Shown here piece after piece: positions 1-12,329 of a DNA stretch of 64,000 bases. Origin of the DNA: Eledone cirrhosa. Its lineage: Eukaryota. The DNA lies in assembly GCA_964016885.1 (NCBI GenBank), contig OZ024743.1, forward strand, positions 111,290,001 to 111,354,000. The letters are read 5' to 3'. Every line of letters begins with the position of its first letter. Position 1 is the first letter of the stretch. The notes below the pieces were generated by a model. The model made no database searches. It had not been told where the DNA came from and saw only the letters and a program-made list of their open reading frames with translations. The translations under genes were made by a program, and so were the position numbers.

Positions 1-2094
1 TTCGTGCAGTTGTGTAGTTTAAAACTCATTCAAACACGTTTCCATGAGTTTCACTGATATGGTATTGAAGCATGAGGATTACGTTTGCCACTTTAGCACT
101 CGGACTGCTGAAGAATTCCTTGATCATTCCAGCAGTGTTTTTCGGTTTGTTGTCGAGCTAAAAAATCGACAACCTCTTCACATGAGATATCATGTGCATA
201 ATTTTCTTTATTGTATATTTGGAAATCACATCTTTCTTCGGTAAAACAGTACGAAACAAAGATATTACCACCAATTTGGTTAACTCTCGGATTCATCGAA
301 TTTGGGAGAATTCTCTTTCTATAACACTCTAGTAGAACAGTTGGTTGTCAAGACTATATTTCGACTAACGACGTCTAATCCGTATATCGAGGGTAAAAAC
401 AACTACTTACACACCGGCGTTTTAGGGAAATGTCTACCTTTTCTTTTTATTAACCCCCAAGTTCAAAATTCATTTGTCGATTTTTTTAAAATGTATATAC
501 TGTTGTCGGTCAAAGATTTGGGAACATCCCAAATCGACCATTGCTATCACTACAATTTGTTCAGACTCATAAGTTCCCTCTCCAATCACACCTCATTTCA
601 TCCTACATCTCCCATGTAATTTGCCATTTCATGCCAGGTCACGCCATATCACAAGAGTCTATGTCGTATTTGAGATCCGGTATGAAAGTGTGGTACGTCA
701 ATTGATGTCCTCGGAAGCGAGAAGTGTTGCTGGTATCTTCCGCATCTGAGCACAAAATACTCACATCGTAATTTCACCTATTACAATCCCTAAAAACACT
801 CGAAATGATTTCAATCTAACTGATTATCCTTCTCCAAGAGATGTCTTTTTAGTTGTTTCCTTAATATTTCTCAGAATGCACATTCGGTACCTCCGACGAA
901 GGAACCACACACAGGCCGATAAACACAGCGCTATGGTAATATCTTCAACACAGTTTTCTAGCGCAAATTTTCCAAAGCTTTGCTGCAAACAACTTATTTC
1001 TAACCGTATATGACAGCTCTAATACGCCCCATCATTATCCGCAACCACAATGTATTAATGGATGTAGAACGTTTTCAGATTTGTCACGAATCTATTATAT
1101 TATTTAACTTATTTGTTTTATTTACATATATCATTTCTGTTTCTTTTTCTTGTTTTTGCTTCCACTCTTACTTAACTGTATGAAATATGTTTCCCATACT
1201 ACATGTTAAGATAAGAAAATCAAAGTTTTAGATTTATCTATTTCCTGTTAAACCCATGCTTCCCTTTTATTACCCACAGATGCGTGTTTTTCTTTAGCAG
1301 ACATGCAATGCTTTCAGAACCCGGTTTTTAAAAAGAGAAATAAAAATTTGCTACAAATGTGGTGCTACATATTTTTCTTATTTATCCCTGGTGACATATT
1401 ATATGTAAACACGTCAAAACTACAGGAAACATCTAGGTTTTCTCTAGAACCCGATATAATATTTCAGCCTTGATTAGATGCTGATGTTATACAAATCACA
1501 AGTATATCTCACCCTCACATTAGATGTCCCACTATATATCTTAAAAACTTTGAATACCTCACATACAAATTTCTTTTGACGCATTCAAAAAGAAAAGCGG
1601 GGACGCCTGTAAACCTCACTAGCGCTCTCCTCACGTTTTTGTTAATATGATATATAGATATTTAATTTATGTCAATATTTTGTTGGATTACATTGAATTG
1701 TTAAATCAGAAAATTACATTACATTCTGAAATATAAATGCACTGAAATATATTAAAAATAAACTAAACTTTACCATTGAATTTGTTTTCAAGTTGAAACA
1801 CTCAGTTTTTCTTAGATCACTGTAACGAAATATTTTACATATCACACTGATTTTAAGAGTGCATGTGTTTTAGCATCATGTGATCCGTTTTTAGTCATCA
1901 AGAAAATACGAATACGACCCAGTAATAGCTAGTAATCAAACTAAATTACACACGGAGATGAAGGTGATATGCTACACGACGTCGTTATAAATATAGCTTT
2001 GCTCATTATATAGAGTAGTTTCCCGAAAGGCCACAATATTCACTATTTATTTGACAAGCGATTTATATAGAAAAGCGTCATGTATATAAGTCGG

Positions 2095-2245
2095 TCCATT
2101 GCCAGAATTATGAATATGCCAGATAGAATGCGTGGGAGTATTCATTTCTGCAATCTGAGATCTCTGATTTCAAATCCAAATGAGGTTAATTTTGCATTTC
2201 AACCATTCGGGGTTGATACAAAACCCAGTTCTGTACTGGGGTTCT
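2095..2245 (+). mobile_element. Degenerate tRNA-derived SINE (cephalopod-type)
   Basis: Remnant 'tctgatttcaaatcc..gaggttaattttgcatttcaaccattcggggttgata' matches the other SINE copies in this window. Confidence 0.55.
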
Positions 2246-2429
2246 ATTCTTCTCTACACACATTTCTGACAGCCTCTCTTACACTCTCACTCTTCTTCGG
2301 TGGAGGAAATCGTTTGTGATCAGACCTGAAGAGGACATGGTTTTGTCCATTAGGTGTTACGATACCATCCATTCATACATACATTCAGTCTTGCATAAAT
2401 ACATATATGCATACGTACATACATACATA

Positions 2430-3300
2430 CAATTATGAGCAATTTCTACAGTCAGTTGACAACTATGTTGTACAGGATGGGATTATCAGATATGATGGAC
2501 CAATAAATAAAAAGAAGACTGAGAATAGATACCTCAGCAGAGGAAAGAGAATTTGGTCTTCAGAATTATTGGCGAACAATCACATTGTCCATATTTTGTT
2601 GTTTCCAACCTAACGCTAACGTTTGGTCTGCTGAACTAGTCATTTCAAGAATTGAGTGAGTTGTATGTATACATTCGCAAACTGCCTAGTTTTATTGGAA
2701 GCCTTAACATCAGGGGTGGTGCGGAGAGGCTATATTTATTAGGCCAGTGGGGTGACCGGGGCAAAACGTCTATATTCACATTATACGAGACCTGGATAAT
2801 AACACTGAGGCAACAGCTTTAACAGAAGAAAAACGTCATAAACATGTTCATAATATGCTAGACGATTGACATGGAATAAAAGCTGATACATATGTCTCCA
2901 CCAGGAACATTGTAAGAATCAATTCAATGCTCGAACAAAATAAAAAGAATGACCAATTCACTGAGCAGAATGTGCATATGTACATGAAACGAAAATCACA
3001 GACCATAGAAGGGAAAACCCATACTAAATGCCTGACATCGAGTTCATAACGTCCAAGCATAACGGATATTTCCATGAAATCCAGGAACAACTAATCACAA
3101 CAAAGAAGCTATTGCACAAAAGAGAAGGTAATCAGTTGACAATAAAGATAGGTTGGCCAATAAAAAGACCGAAGATCTTAGCCACATTATTTACATTTGC
3201 GAAAGATCGCATTCACCTTATTACCTGCCCATTGAGATATGATGCGATAACTAGAACGATCTGGAAACCATAACGGAAGACGAAGGTAAAGTAAGATAGA
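2430..3300 (+). mobile_element. Very decayed LINE (RTE-like) remnant
   Basis: Fragmentary peptide 'GPINKKKTE' resembles the RT 'L.INxKKTE' region; many stops; weak. Confidence 0.25.
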
Positions 3301-3549
3301 GAAGAATAAATCGAAACTGTTGGCTCAAAATATATATGTAGAACCTAACAGTTAAATCCGCCAGAAATTAATGTACAATCAGCCTCTTATTGTTGTTTGG
3401 AACCACATATTAAAAACATGCTCTGGTGTAGAAGTTAACTACTCACTTGATGCCAATATGGTGGGATATATGCAAGAGAAGGGAGGTATTTACTGGCAAT
3501 TAACGAGGAGATTGCCGATCCAGTAGCCAAGATACACGTTCAGCTTCAT

Positions 3550-3739
3550 GGCTTTTGGCAGTATCGGTAGAGGGTCCGACGCCATGCTTTGCAGCAAAGA
3601 GTTAGGCCCTTTATGGTCTGAGTTCAAAGCCCGCCGAGCTTAACTTTGCCTTTCAGCTTTACGGGGTCGATAAAATAAAGTACCAGTAATAAATACACTG
3701 ATGTAATTGCTGGTCTTGTGCCAAAAGTAGAAACAATTA
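3550..3739 (+). mobile_element. tRNA-derived SINE
   Basis: A-box-like 'tggcagtatcggtag', B-box 'gagttcaaagccc', body 'ttgcctttc..ggggtcgataaaataaagtaccagt', tail 'ttgtgccaaaagtagaaacaatta'; many copies in the window. Confidence 0.85.
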
Positions 3740-3959
3740 AAATTAGAGTTTTTATACCAACGCGCCGAGACAAAGGTATGACTGAACTGGGAATTGTTGA
3801 GAAAGATGAAGGTCCCTAATTCATGATGTACGAAAAGCCGTGAACCTTGAAAATCTGTAAAGCATTCTTTAGACATACACAGGGGCGATGGAACTTGGGG
3901 GAGTGTCAGGAGGGCCATGTCCCCCCACCCCTTCCCTCCACCACCACCACCAATAATTA

Positions 3960-4361
3960 TATTTTTGTCAAATAACTACCAAAATATCTATTTGTATATA
4001 AGCTATAATATATATAAATGTTAGGTAGAGACAGATAGGAAAGATAGATATAGAGAGGGGGAGAATTTGTTGATAATTGATATAGAGAGGAAGGTTGGAA
4101 GAGTGTGTTGTATATTAGATATAGATAGGGGGAGAGATTGATGTTTATTGATAGAGAGAGGAATTTGAAAAGAGTTCCGTGTAGTAGACATACGGTGGGG
4201 GAGAGGTCTGCGTTCATTGATATAGAGAGGGGAAGAAATGGGGGTTAATTGATATAGAGTGGGGGAGAATTGGGGTTTAACTAATATAGAAAAGGATATT
4301 GGAAGAGTGTTCCATGTGGTACATATATACAGAGAGCGAGAGTTTGGTGATAATTGATATA
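3960..4361. repeat. Degenerate GA-rich tandem repeat (left part, interrupted by the Tx1 LINE)
   Basis: Recurring 'gatatagagagggggaga..taattga' motif; the same repeat resumes at 9114. Confidence 0.6.
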
Positions 4362-7300
4362 TATTTCTATTTATTTGCCACCCGGGCATCAAAGATTGGG
4401 ACACATACAAAGGGGGGAGTTTACATACATTTAAAAAGACGTGTAAAAAACATATAACAAATTAAATTTAACAATCGATGTCCTCAATAGGGAGGGGTGT
4501 TGACATGGGTCGCACACACCTCCGAAAAAATGTGGAACCCTCCTCTTCAGGAGCACAAAGAGCGGGTGCTTCCTTCCTCTTCTCATTCTTCTCCTCTCTC
4601 ACCTACAGGCTGATATAGAGAGAAGGCCCATTCACTCGGGCCATTCTCGCTACTTTCACCCATCTTTCATAAAACTTGCTGGGGTAGAGCACCTCTCTCT
4701 TCATTCTGATCCTTCTTCTAAAGTGGTACTTGAAAAAAAAGACCAATTTATTGGCCGGAGAGATAGGTGTCTGACCTCAGCCCTTTCAACCTTGTCCACC
4801 ATACAACTTCTTTCGCCATGGCTATCACACAGAGGAAAACCGCCTCTCCTTCGTTTTTGAAAGGGGGAGGCGGTTTGATTGTGACAATGTTCTCGGTGGT
4901 CAACCGGATTGGTCCCACCCGCGACAGTAGTCGTTCTACATAGCCCCACAGGTCAGCAACGCCCGGGCAGTGTACGAATGCGTGTGCGACGGTTTTCTCG
5001 TCACGCACGCATCTTGGACAGATCTTCTGCGAGGGGTCCCTACCCGGGCGCCCGTGTCTGTAGAGCTTGTCCCGAACGGGTAGAGCTCCTCGGTAACATT
5101 GCCAAGCCAGGGACCTTTGGAAGTTGTCCATCGGTCCCGGACCAAACGTCCTACCGAACAGACTTGACAGCTCGTCTTCCTCCATGCCCAGAGCCTCTCC
5201 GAGAGCGTCGTCGCACTTACTGCGCACCAACCCTCTATAGAATGTTGAGGTTGAGTCTCCACTGATTGCCGGTTCCGTTGCCAGAGGGCCGTGAGCGCCT
5301 GGGCACATTCAATGTGCCAGTCGCCCACTTTTCTCGGTCTTTGCTTGACCCAGGATTGCAGCTCGGTGAGGTAAACGAGTCTCGGAAAGGCTCGCCTCAC
5401 AAACAGGGCCCACACCGGCTGACCGGTGAGGAATACCTGGAGGTGCCGTAGCCTTAATGCGTGTCTACGCATCGTCAGCCACGGCAGCCCCAGCCCTCCA
5501 TTCGAAAGGTGTTGACAGCAGATGGATCTTCTCACCAAAGGAGCCCGCTTCTTCCAAAGAAATCGGAAGAGCGCGCGCTCCATTTAGGAGAGTGTTTTCT
5601 CTGGGCAAGGCACGATGGTCAAGCGGTAGTAGATGACGGACGCTATATAAGCGTTCGCCACCTCCGCTCGACCTTTCAGGGATAGTTTGCACTCGGCCCA
5701 CTTCTGGGCGAGTGTAAACACCTTGCCCGTTACCTCGTCCCAGTTTTTCTCCACCTGGAGGTCCGGTCCGAACCAGACTCCGAGCAGCTTCACTGGTCCC
5801 TCCGTCCAGCGTCCGACGATGCCGTCGGAGGGCATCGTTTTGCCCCTCCACGTTCCGAGTTGCAAACCGACGGACTTGTCCCGGTTCAGCTTGGCTCCTG
5901 TGAACCTTTCATATTCCTCCAGTAAGGTGCCGATCTGCCCGATTTTCGAGGCGCACGACACCATTACTGTCACGTCATCAGCGTAGGCCGACACCGCTTT
6001 CCGCAATCCCGGTTCCAAGGGGATGCCCTGCAACAGCTCCAGATTCCTCAGTAGTGGCTCGAGAGCCAGCACATACAGGAGGGAGGAGAGAGGGCATCCA
6101 TGTCGAATGGATCGCGTGATTTGGAACGGCTCCGAGAGGTAGCCGTTCAACTTGACCCACTAGCAGGTGTTGCTGCTGTGCATTGCAGCAATCCAGCCCC
6201 TGAAAACGGGTCCGAAGCCTGCCGCCGCGAGCACCGCATCCAGGTACCGATGGTCAACCCTATCGAACGCTTTAGATTGATCCAAGTTGATCAGGGCTCC
6301 ACCAAAGCCGGGTTCGTTCCCTACCCTCTCTACGATGTATCGTATGAGGTGGAGGTTGTCGTGTATGGACCTGGACGGGATTGCGCATGTCTGCGCTTCT
6401 CCCACCAGGTTCCCGACGACAAGCGCCAACCTCTTCGCTAACACCTTGGCCAAAATCTTTAACTTTGTGTTTAGCAGAGTTATGGGCCTGAAGTTATCTA
6501 TGTCATCCCCCTTGTTCTCGTCCTTCCTCGCCAGCGTGACTACGCCCTTGGTCACAGAACTGGGAATTCTCCCGTTCTGTTGCCAATTGCAGTAGACCGC
6601 CTCGAGGAGACCGGAGAACAAGCCCGGCATCGCTACATAAAGTTCGTATGGTAGACCATCGAGACCCGGAGAATTGCGATTGCCGCATTGGCTCAGCGCT
6701 TCCCCTATTTTAGCGGCTGAAATCGGCCTCTCGCAGGACTTCGCCTCACCGTCCGAGAGCCGCGCCAGACCGTCGAGGTATGGACCGAAATCCATGGCCC
6801 CACCCGGCCCACCGCCCCTCCCGAAGAGTCGTGCAAAGCGCCGTTGAAAGGCCGCGCTCATCCGCTCAGGTTCAAGGATCACGCGTCCATCCTGGTCCTT
6901 CAATGACCGAATCGTGGACTTTTTTCCACTTTTTGCCTCTGTCACTCGGGCCCAGCTAACAGCTTTGGCTCCTTCGTTACCCACTGCACGTATTTTACTC
7001 CTGACAACGCAGCCCTCGTGCTTCGCATCAAAGAACTGGTCTAGAGCCGTTCTTGACGCCAGCACGCCGGCCACGTTGCCACTCCTAATCGCCTCTTCTT
7101 CTCTATTTGTTAATTCCCTTTCAGTTCTATTCCTATCTGATGCTAATTCCCGACTAAAACGTATCGATTCTGTTCTAATTTCTCTTTTGAGAGAGCCCCA
7201 CCACCTGTTGTTTACAATTGCCCCCGTCAAACGCTGCTTAACTAGTGTGCTAATCCGCTTACTGTAAGCTTTGTTTGTCGGTAAAGACAAGTTTAGCTTC

Positions 7301-9113
7301 CAGTAACCGGGTCCCTGTCTATGAGTTCTATCAAGGTTGAACACTCCGGTCAACAACTTGTGATCCGAATAGTCAACCATGAACATTCGTGGACAGTTTA
7401 ATATGTCCCTATCCTTATTACTAACTAGGAACCTATCTAGGTACGACCTGGATGTTCCGCTGCGATTACTCCACGTCCACCGTGGCACAGTCGGAAAATC
7501 CAGTCGATATCTATCGGCCAGATCAAATCGGCCGATTAATCGTTTGAGGCTGTTACACCCCCCTCTATCGGGACATGCCCCTACATACTCCCAACGTGTA
7601 TCCAGGATACCATTCCAGTCCCCCACTAAAAGCAAGGAGCGAGACGTTCCCAGGAAATTCTCCAGGCGTCGGAAGAAGTCCGGTCGCGGAGTCCCCGATG
7701 AGGCATACGCTGCCACCAGCCTGAAAGCTCCACCTTCACCACTGCCGACGTCTAAAACCACCACTCGACCCTCCAGGTCCAGGTGTACCTTCTGTGTGGC
7801 AAGACCAAGGTATTTTCGCAGTAGAACGACAACCTCACCCCCACCCCTCTGCTGACAGAGAGATGCGTAGATCTCAAAGTCGTCGAAGATGGGGGCCAGT
7901 TGGCGCTCGCTGCTGATCCTGGACTCGCAAATAACCATTACATCCACTCTGTGCGACCTGAGGTCATTTAATTGAGGATAGGCAGCCCTCAGGTGACCCC
8001 TGCTTAAGCAGTGGTAACATGACGTCCACCTTCCCTCCACTGAAATGTTTATATAAGTTAGCCCGTCCAGAGGCACGCGTTGTGGGATATTCGCTATTCG
8101 TTCTGGGCTCATTTGCACCAGAACTTCTACGGTGGTCCCACCAAATACACCTCCGGAGGACTTTCCTATTGAAATTATCTTGTCTTCGTCAAAGTTTATT
8201 ATTCCACATAGTATCCACCAAATGTTTACATTTGGTGTGATATTCATTATTTTTATTCTTTGTGTCTTTTTTCCCCTGTATGTGGGGTAAAAGGTGAAGC
8301 CGGGGGACACACTGGGTGCTATCGAGTACTTTTGAGCTGTTGACTGGTTGTTCATCAGCACCGAAATGCTACCAAACAGTTTACCTTTTTGTATGAAGGT
8401 TAAGTCCTTCATTGCGTCTTTTAGAACCAATCAATTTCATTTTGTGATAATTGAGCTGGTTTTCTTTTTACGTTCGATATTGTCCTGTGGTTTTCAGGAC
8501 AGCCTCTCTACGTAATTCCTGTGGAGAATTGATGCTAAAAGCACCGTTTCGCCAAAAGTCACGAATTGTTTTGCGGCTTGTATTAGTTGTTTAGCATTTG
8601 TTATGTCTATTGGCGTGTATAGTTCGTTTTTTTTTACGGTCTGTGCAAATGTTGTTTTGGTGTTGTTGTCTTTCATGTTACTGTCACTGTTGGTAATATT
8701 GGTGTTGCTATTGTTGCAGTTGATGGTTGTGGTGTTGTTGTCATTGTTCTTGTTGTTGGTGCTGGTATTATTTACCGGGTTTGGTTTCGCGGTTTCGATA
8801 TTTTCCACGTTTTTAGATGATACGAGGGGGGACGGCTGCAAGCTTTGTACTCCTACCTTCCCTTTTCTTAGTGGGCGTGGCACTCACGACAGCGTGCGAG
8901 GTGGAAATGGCATCCATTGCCACCAAGTCTACAGTTTTTAGATGAAAATTGAAAATTTCGCCCCAGAAAGGGGCGAAAATTTGTTGACTTAACGTCTGAA
9001 GGCCAAGGCAAGGGGCTAAACCAAACAATGTTATTAAATTGATCAATAAACTCACAGTTTTTTTGACAACAATCCGTAAAATTCCGGAGCAAAGTAAATC
9101 ACGTCTATATCAA
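4362..9113 (-). mobile_element. L1/Tx1-clade non-LTR retrotransposon, near full length, disrupted
   Basis: ORF1 pieces (8494-8883; 8430 down to ~7975 with knuckle CYHC..GH), APE endonuclease (GDWN, SYLDRF, SDH), RT (PGLDG, LDQSKAFDRVDH, YADD), C-terminal CPRC..HAFVHC; A-rich 3' end near 4362-4380; candidate TSD gtg(a/g)taattgatata. Confidence 0.92.
4748..8430 (-). pseudogene. Tx1 ORF1-ORF2 (APE + RT) broken by stops and frameshifts
   Basis: Track pieces 6160-8430, 5584-6150, 4936-5583 and 4748-5308 are consecutive parts of one polyprotein. Confidence 0.9.
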
Positions 9114-9690
9114 GTGGTAATTGATATAGAGAGGGAGAAAGGAAAAAAGTAATATGGAGTAGATAAAGAGAGTGGGAGAGTTTAGTGTTAATTAATATAG
9201 AGAGAGTGATTGGAAGAGAGTTATGTGTTGTAGATATAGAAAGGGGGAGATTTTGGTGTTGCTTGATATAGAGAGGGGATCGGGAGATTGTGTTGTATGG
9301 TTGATGTAGAGAGGGGAGATTTTGGTGGTTATGCATGGAATGCGAGGATTGATAGCGATATGTATTGATAAATGTAGTGAGTGGAAGAGTTTGGTAGTGA
9401 TGGATAGAGTGAGAGAGAGTATTGCATGGTAGATATATAGAGGGGGAGGTTTGATGGTAATTGATATAGTGAGGGTCTTGGAAAAGAGTTCCATGTAGTA
9501 GATTTAGAGAGGGGTAGGGAGGCAGTACGATGTTTATTGATGTATGATTGGAAGAGAGTTCCGCGTACTAGATATAGAGAGAAAGAATGTTTAGGGGTGA
9601 TTGATATACAGACGGGGGTTGGGAGAAATCAGTGTAAATATGTATAGAGAGTGAGAGTCTGTATTAGTCATAGATATAGAAAGTGGCTTA
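9114..9690. repeat. Degenerate GA-rich tandem repeat (right part)
   Basis: Same motif as 3960-4361. Confidence 0.6.
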
Positions 9691-10485
9691 ATATACTTAC
9701 ATATATACATATTATGAAGGAATGCGAGGGATTTCTAGGACATGTCTGAGCAGTCTAAATCTGTGCTCAGTTTTTATGCTTCTATAATGATATACATATA
9801 AACACTTCGATATTCCCATCATGAATAAGAAATTAGATATATTGCAAGTAGAAACAACAAGTAACTACTTCGATATATAATCTTATCACCGACATGGGAC
9901 TGCGCAGAAAAGGAGATTCATGTTATGCCAGGTTCACTACTATAAATGTATAAGCATTTTATATAGAGCTATAATCAGTAAAACAGTTCAATCTGCCATC
10001 GATTTTTGCATTTAAACCACCTACTGTTTCACAATATATTTTAAAACCAAGAACGAAAGGAAAGATCAAATGAACTACAAAGGAAATACTAAATATGGTA
10101 CTTATAAGGTTTTAAATGAAATTCTGATGGTTGTTGCACATAAAAGAAAACTAATATGTTTTTTATAACCGATGTCTAAAGGCTTTATTTTCATTTGGTT
10201 TTTGGTGTTGTACTTATTTTAGTATAGGCATTTTTTTCTCGTTTATCATTCTTATATTGGAGAGCCATTTGTTGCTTGTATTGTTTAGATGAATAATACG
10301 CCGTATATACGATGGATTAATGTAATAACCTGAGATGAAGATTCAATATTCAAATTGTTCTAACCCTTTTATTCTAAACTACACAAATATCTTTTGGGAT
10401 TTCCGTAATCAGGATCCACAACTTACAAGTGGAAATGTATGACAAGTTCACTCACTATTCGTCCAATGGAAAATAAAATACTGCC

Positions 10486-10681
10486 ACAACTACTACAACA
10501 ACAACAACAACTACTACTACTACTACTATAACTACTACTATTACTACTACTACTACTACTACTACTGCTCCTGCTGCTGCTGCTGCTGCTCTTGCTGCTA
10601 CTTTTGCTGTTGTTGATACCAATGTTGCCGCTACTGTTGCTACTACGGCTGCTGATACTACTACTACTATTACTACTACTA

Positions 10682-10733
<52 letters not shown>

Positions 10734-10748
10734 CACTGATGCTGCAGG

Positions 10749-10806
<58 letters not shown>
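10486..10806. repeat. Compound (CAA)/(CTA)/(CTG)n trinucleotide microsatellite
   Basis: Seen directly. Confidence 0.95.
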
Positions 10807-11000
10807 AGTGCCCGGCATTGTCATACATTTCTACATAGATATAAGATTTCTAACTCGATTACAGAAATCATAACATATATATGTGTGTAATTAACAATAA
10901 AAGAATTGCAATATGACATTTCCGTAAATGATGTATTCTTATCATATAATCTAGCCACTAGACCTAAGCATGTGCAAGCCTATATGTACGTATATTTATT

Positions 11001-11120
11001 ACCTGAAGAAGGGCTTATGCCCGAAACGTCGTCCTCCACCTACCCCCCACTCTCCTGAGCGTGAATCTAATAAACATTTGTCGTACTGCCTCTCTGTTCT
11101 GTCCCTGTTCAATTTTTTAT

Positions 11121-11125
<5 letters not shown>
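11001..11125 (+). ncRNA. 5'-truncated hammerhead-bearing short element (family shared with 39330-39465)
   Basis: CTGAAGA(11003)-a-gggc ttat gccc-GAAA-cgtcgtc, then aataaac and (TA)n; stem I 5' strand missing. Confidence 0.6.
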
Positions 11126-11157
<32 letters not shown>

Positions 11158-11943
11158 ATATGTGTTTATATGTGTGTGTGTGTGTGTGTATGTGTGAGCG
11201 TGTGTTTGTATGTAAAACCATCCACTAACACACACACATCTGTATGTACGTATATATGTATGTATGTATACGAATGTATGTCTACATTACATGTTTTTCC
11301 TTTGTTACATTTCCTTTTTCGTTTTGTCTTTGTATTTTCGTTAGCCTTGCACCCCTGCCAACAGACTTATCTGTTAACAACTGTTAGGTTAACAGGCCAG
11401 ACTTAAGATCAGGCTCAGTCGAACACTTCAGTTGATTGTAAAGCTATTAGTTTCACAGTTTGACATGTCAGCACTTCATTAGTTTCTACTCCTCATAGAT
11501 GTTTTTATCGTTATGTTCCTTATTATCATTCTCGTTCTCTTTCTCCTTCTCATTTTAGTTCTTGTTTTATTAGTAGTTTTTCCTTATTTTCTTTCTTTTT
11601 TGTTGTTCTCTCAGAGTGTCGTCGTTTGTCATTTCTCTGTTCATTTCTTTCTTATTAGATTTGTGTCACGATGATTAGCCTATAATAAACCACGTTTGAG
11701 TTGACCCACGATCAAATATATTCCAACCATGACAACGACAAGCCATCTTTTATTTCAGATATATATCAAGACCTATAATATACCATGTAATCCTGCGTTA
11801 TGTATTTTGTTGTTTTGGCAAATGAATTCGTCTATTATCTTACATATATAAGGAATATATTTGAAGATGATTGCGAGGATTGTGATGACGATCTCTGATA
11901 TAACAGTCAATTGTGAAATATTTGTCTTGTCACGATAAAACAA

Positions 11944-12127
11944 ATAATTGTTTCTACTTTTGGCACAAGGCCAGCAATTATCTCAGTGCATTACTCGTGC
12001 TTTATTTTAATACCATGTAAGGATGAAAGGCATAGTTAAAATCGGCGAGATTTGAACTCAGACCGTAAAGGGTCCTAACTCTATGCTGAAAAGCATGGCG
12101 TCCGACCCTCTACCGATACTGCCAACC
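11944..12127 (-). mobile_element. tRNA-derived SINE
   Basis: Reverse complement of the 3550-3739 family. Confidence 0.8.
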
Positions 12128-12246
12128 AAATCATCATCATAATTATTCATCTGTTGGTACACAACACAGATGTTTAACTTTTTTGTAAAACATGTATGAA
12201 CGATAGGGTACACACAACATATAAACGGGAGATAATATTATTATTA

Positions 12247-12325
12247 AGGCGGTGGTGTGGCAGTATCCATAGAGTGTCCGACAACATTGTTGTGTCATAG
12301 AGTTACGGCCGTTTACGTTCTGAGT
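12247..12325 (+). mobile_element. SINE 5' half, cut at the B-box
   Basis: 'ggcggtggtgtggcagtatcc..ttacgttctgagt', then an abrupt switch to unrelated sequence. Confidence 0.65.
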
Positions 12326-12329
12326 GGGA

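Noticed and set aside
885-940. ccgacgaagg..ccgataaac hammerhead-like text
   Set aside because: Core and stems too degenerate
1-1000. Short ORFs as a gene or transposase
   Set aside because: No recognisable motifs; frequent stops
2320-2360. CTGAAGA plus ggaca/tgtcc hairpin as a hammerhead
   Set aside because: No GAAA or UH after the stem
3550-3640. tRNA gene
   Set aside because: A/B boxes belong to SINE heads; no cloverleaf
10423-10873. Poly-S/V/L/T ORFs
   Set aside because: Trinucleotide microsatellite
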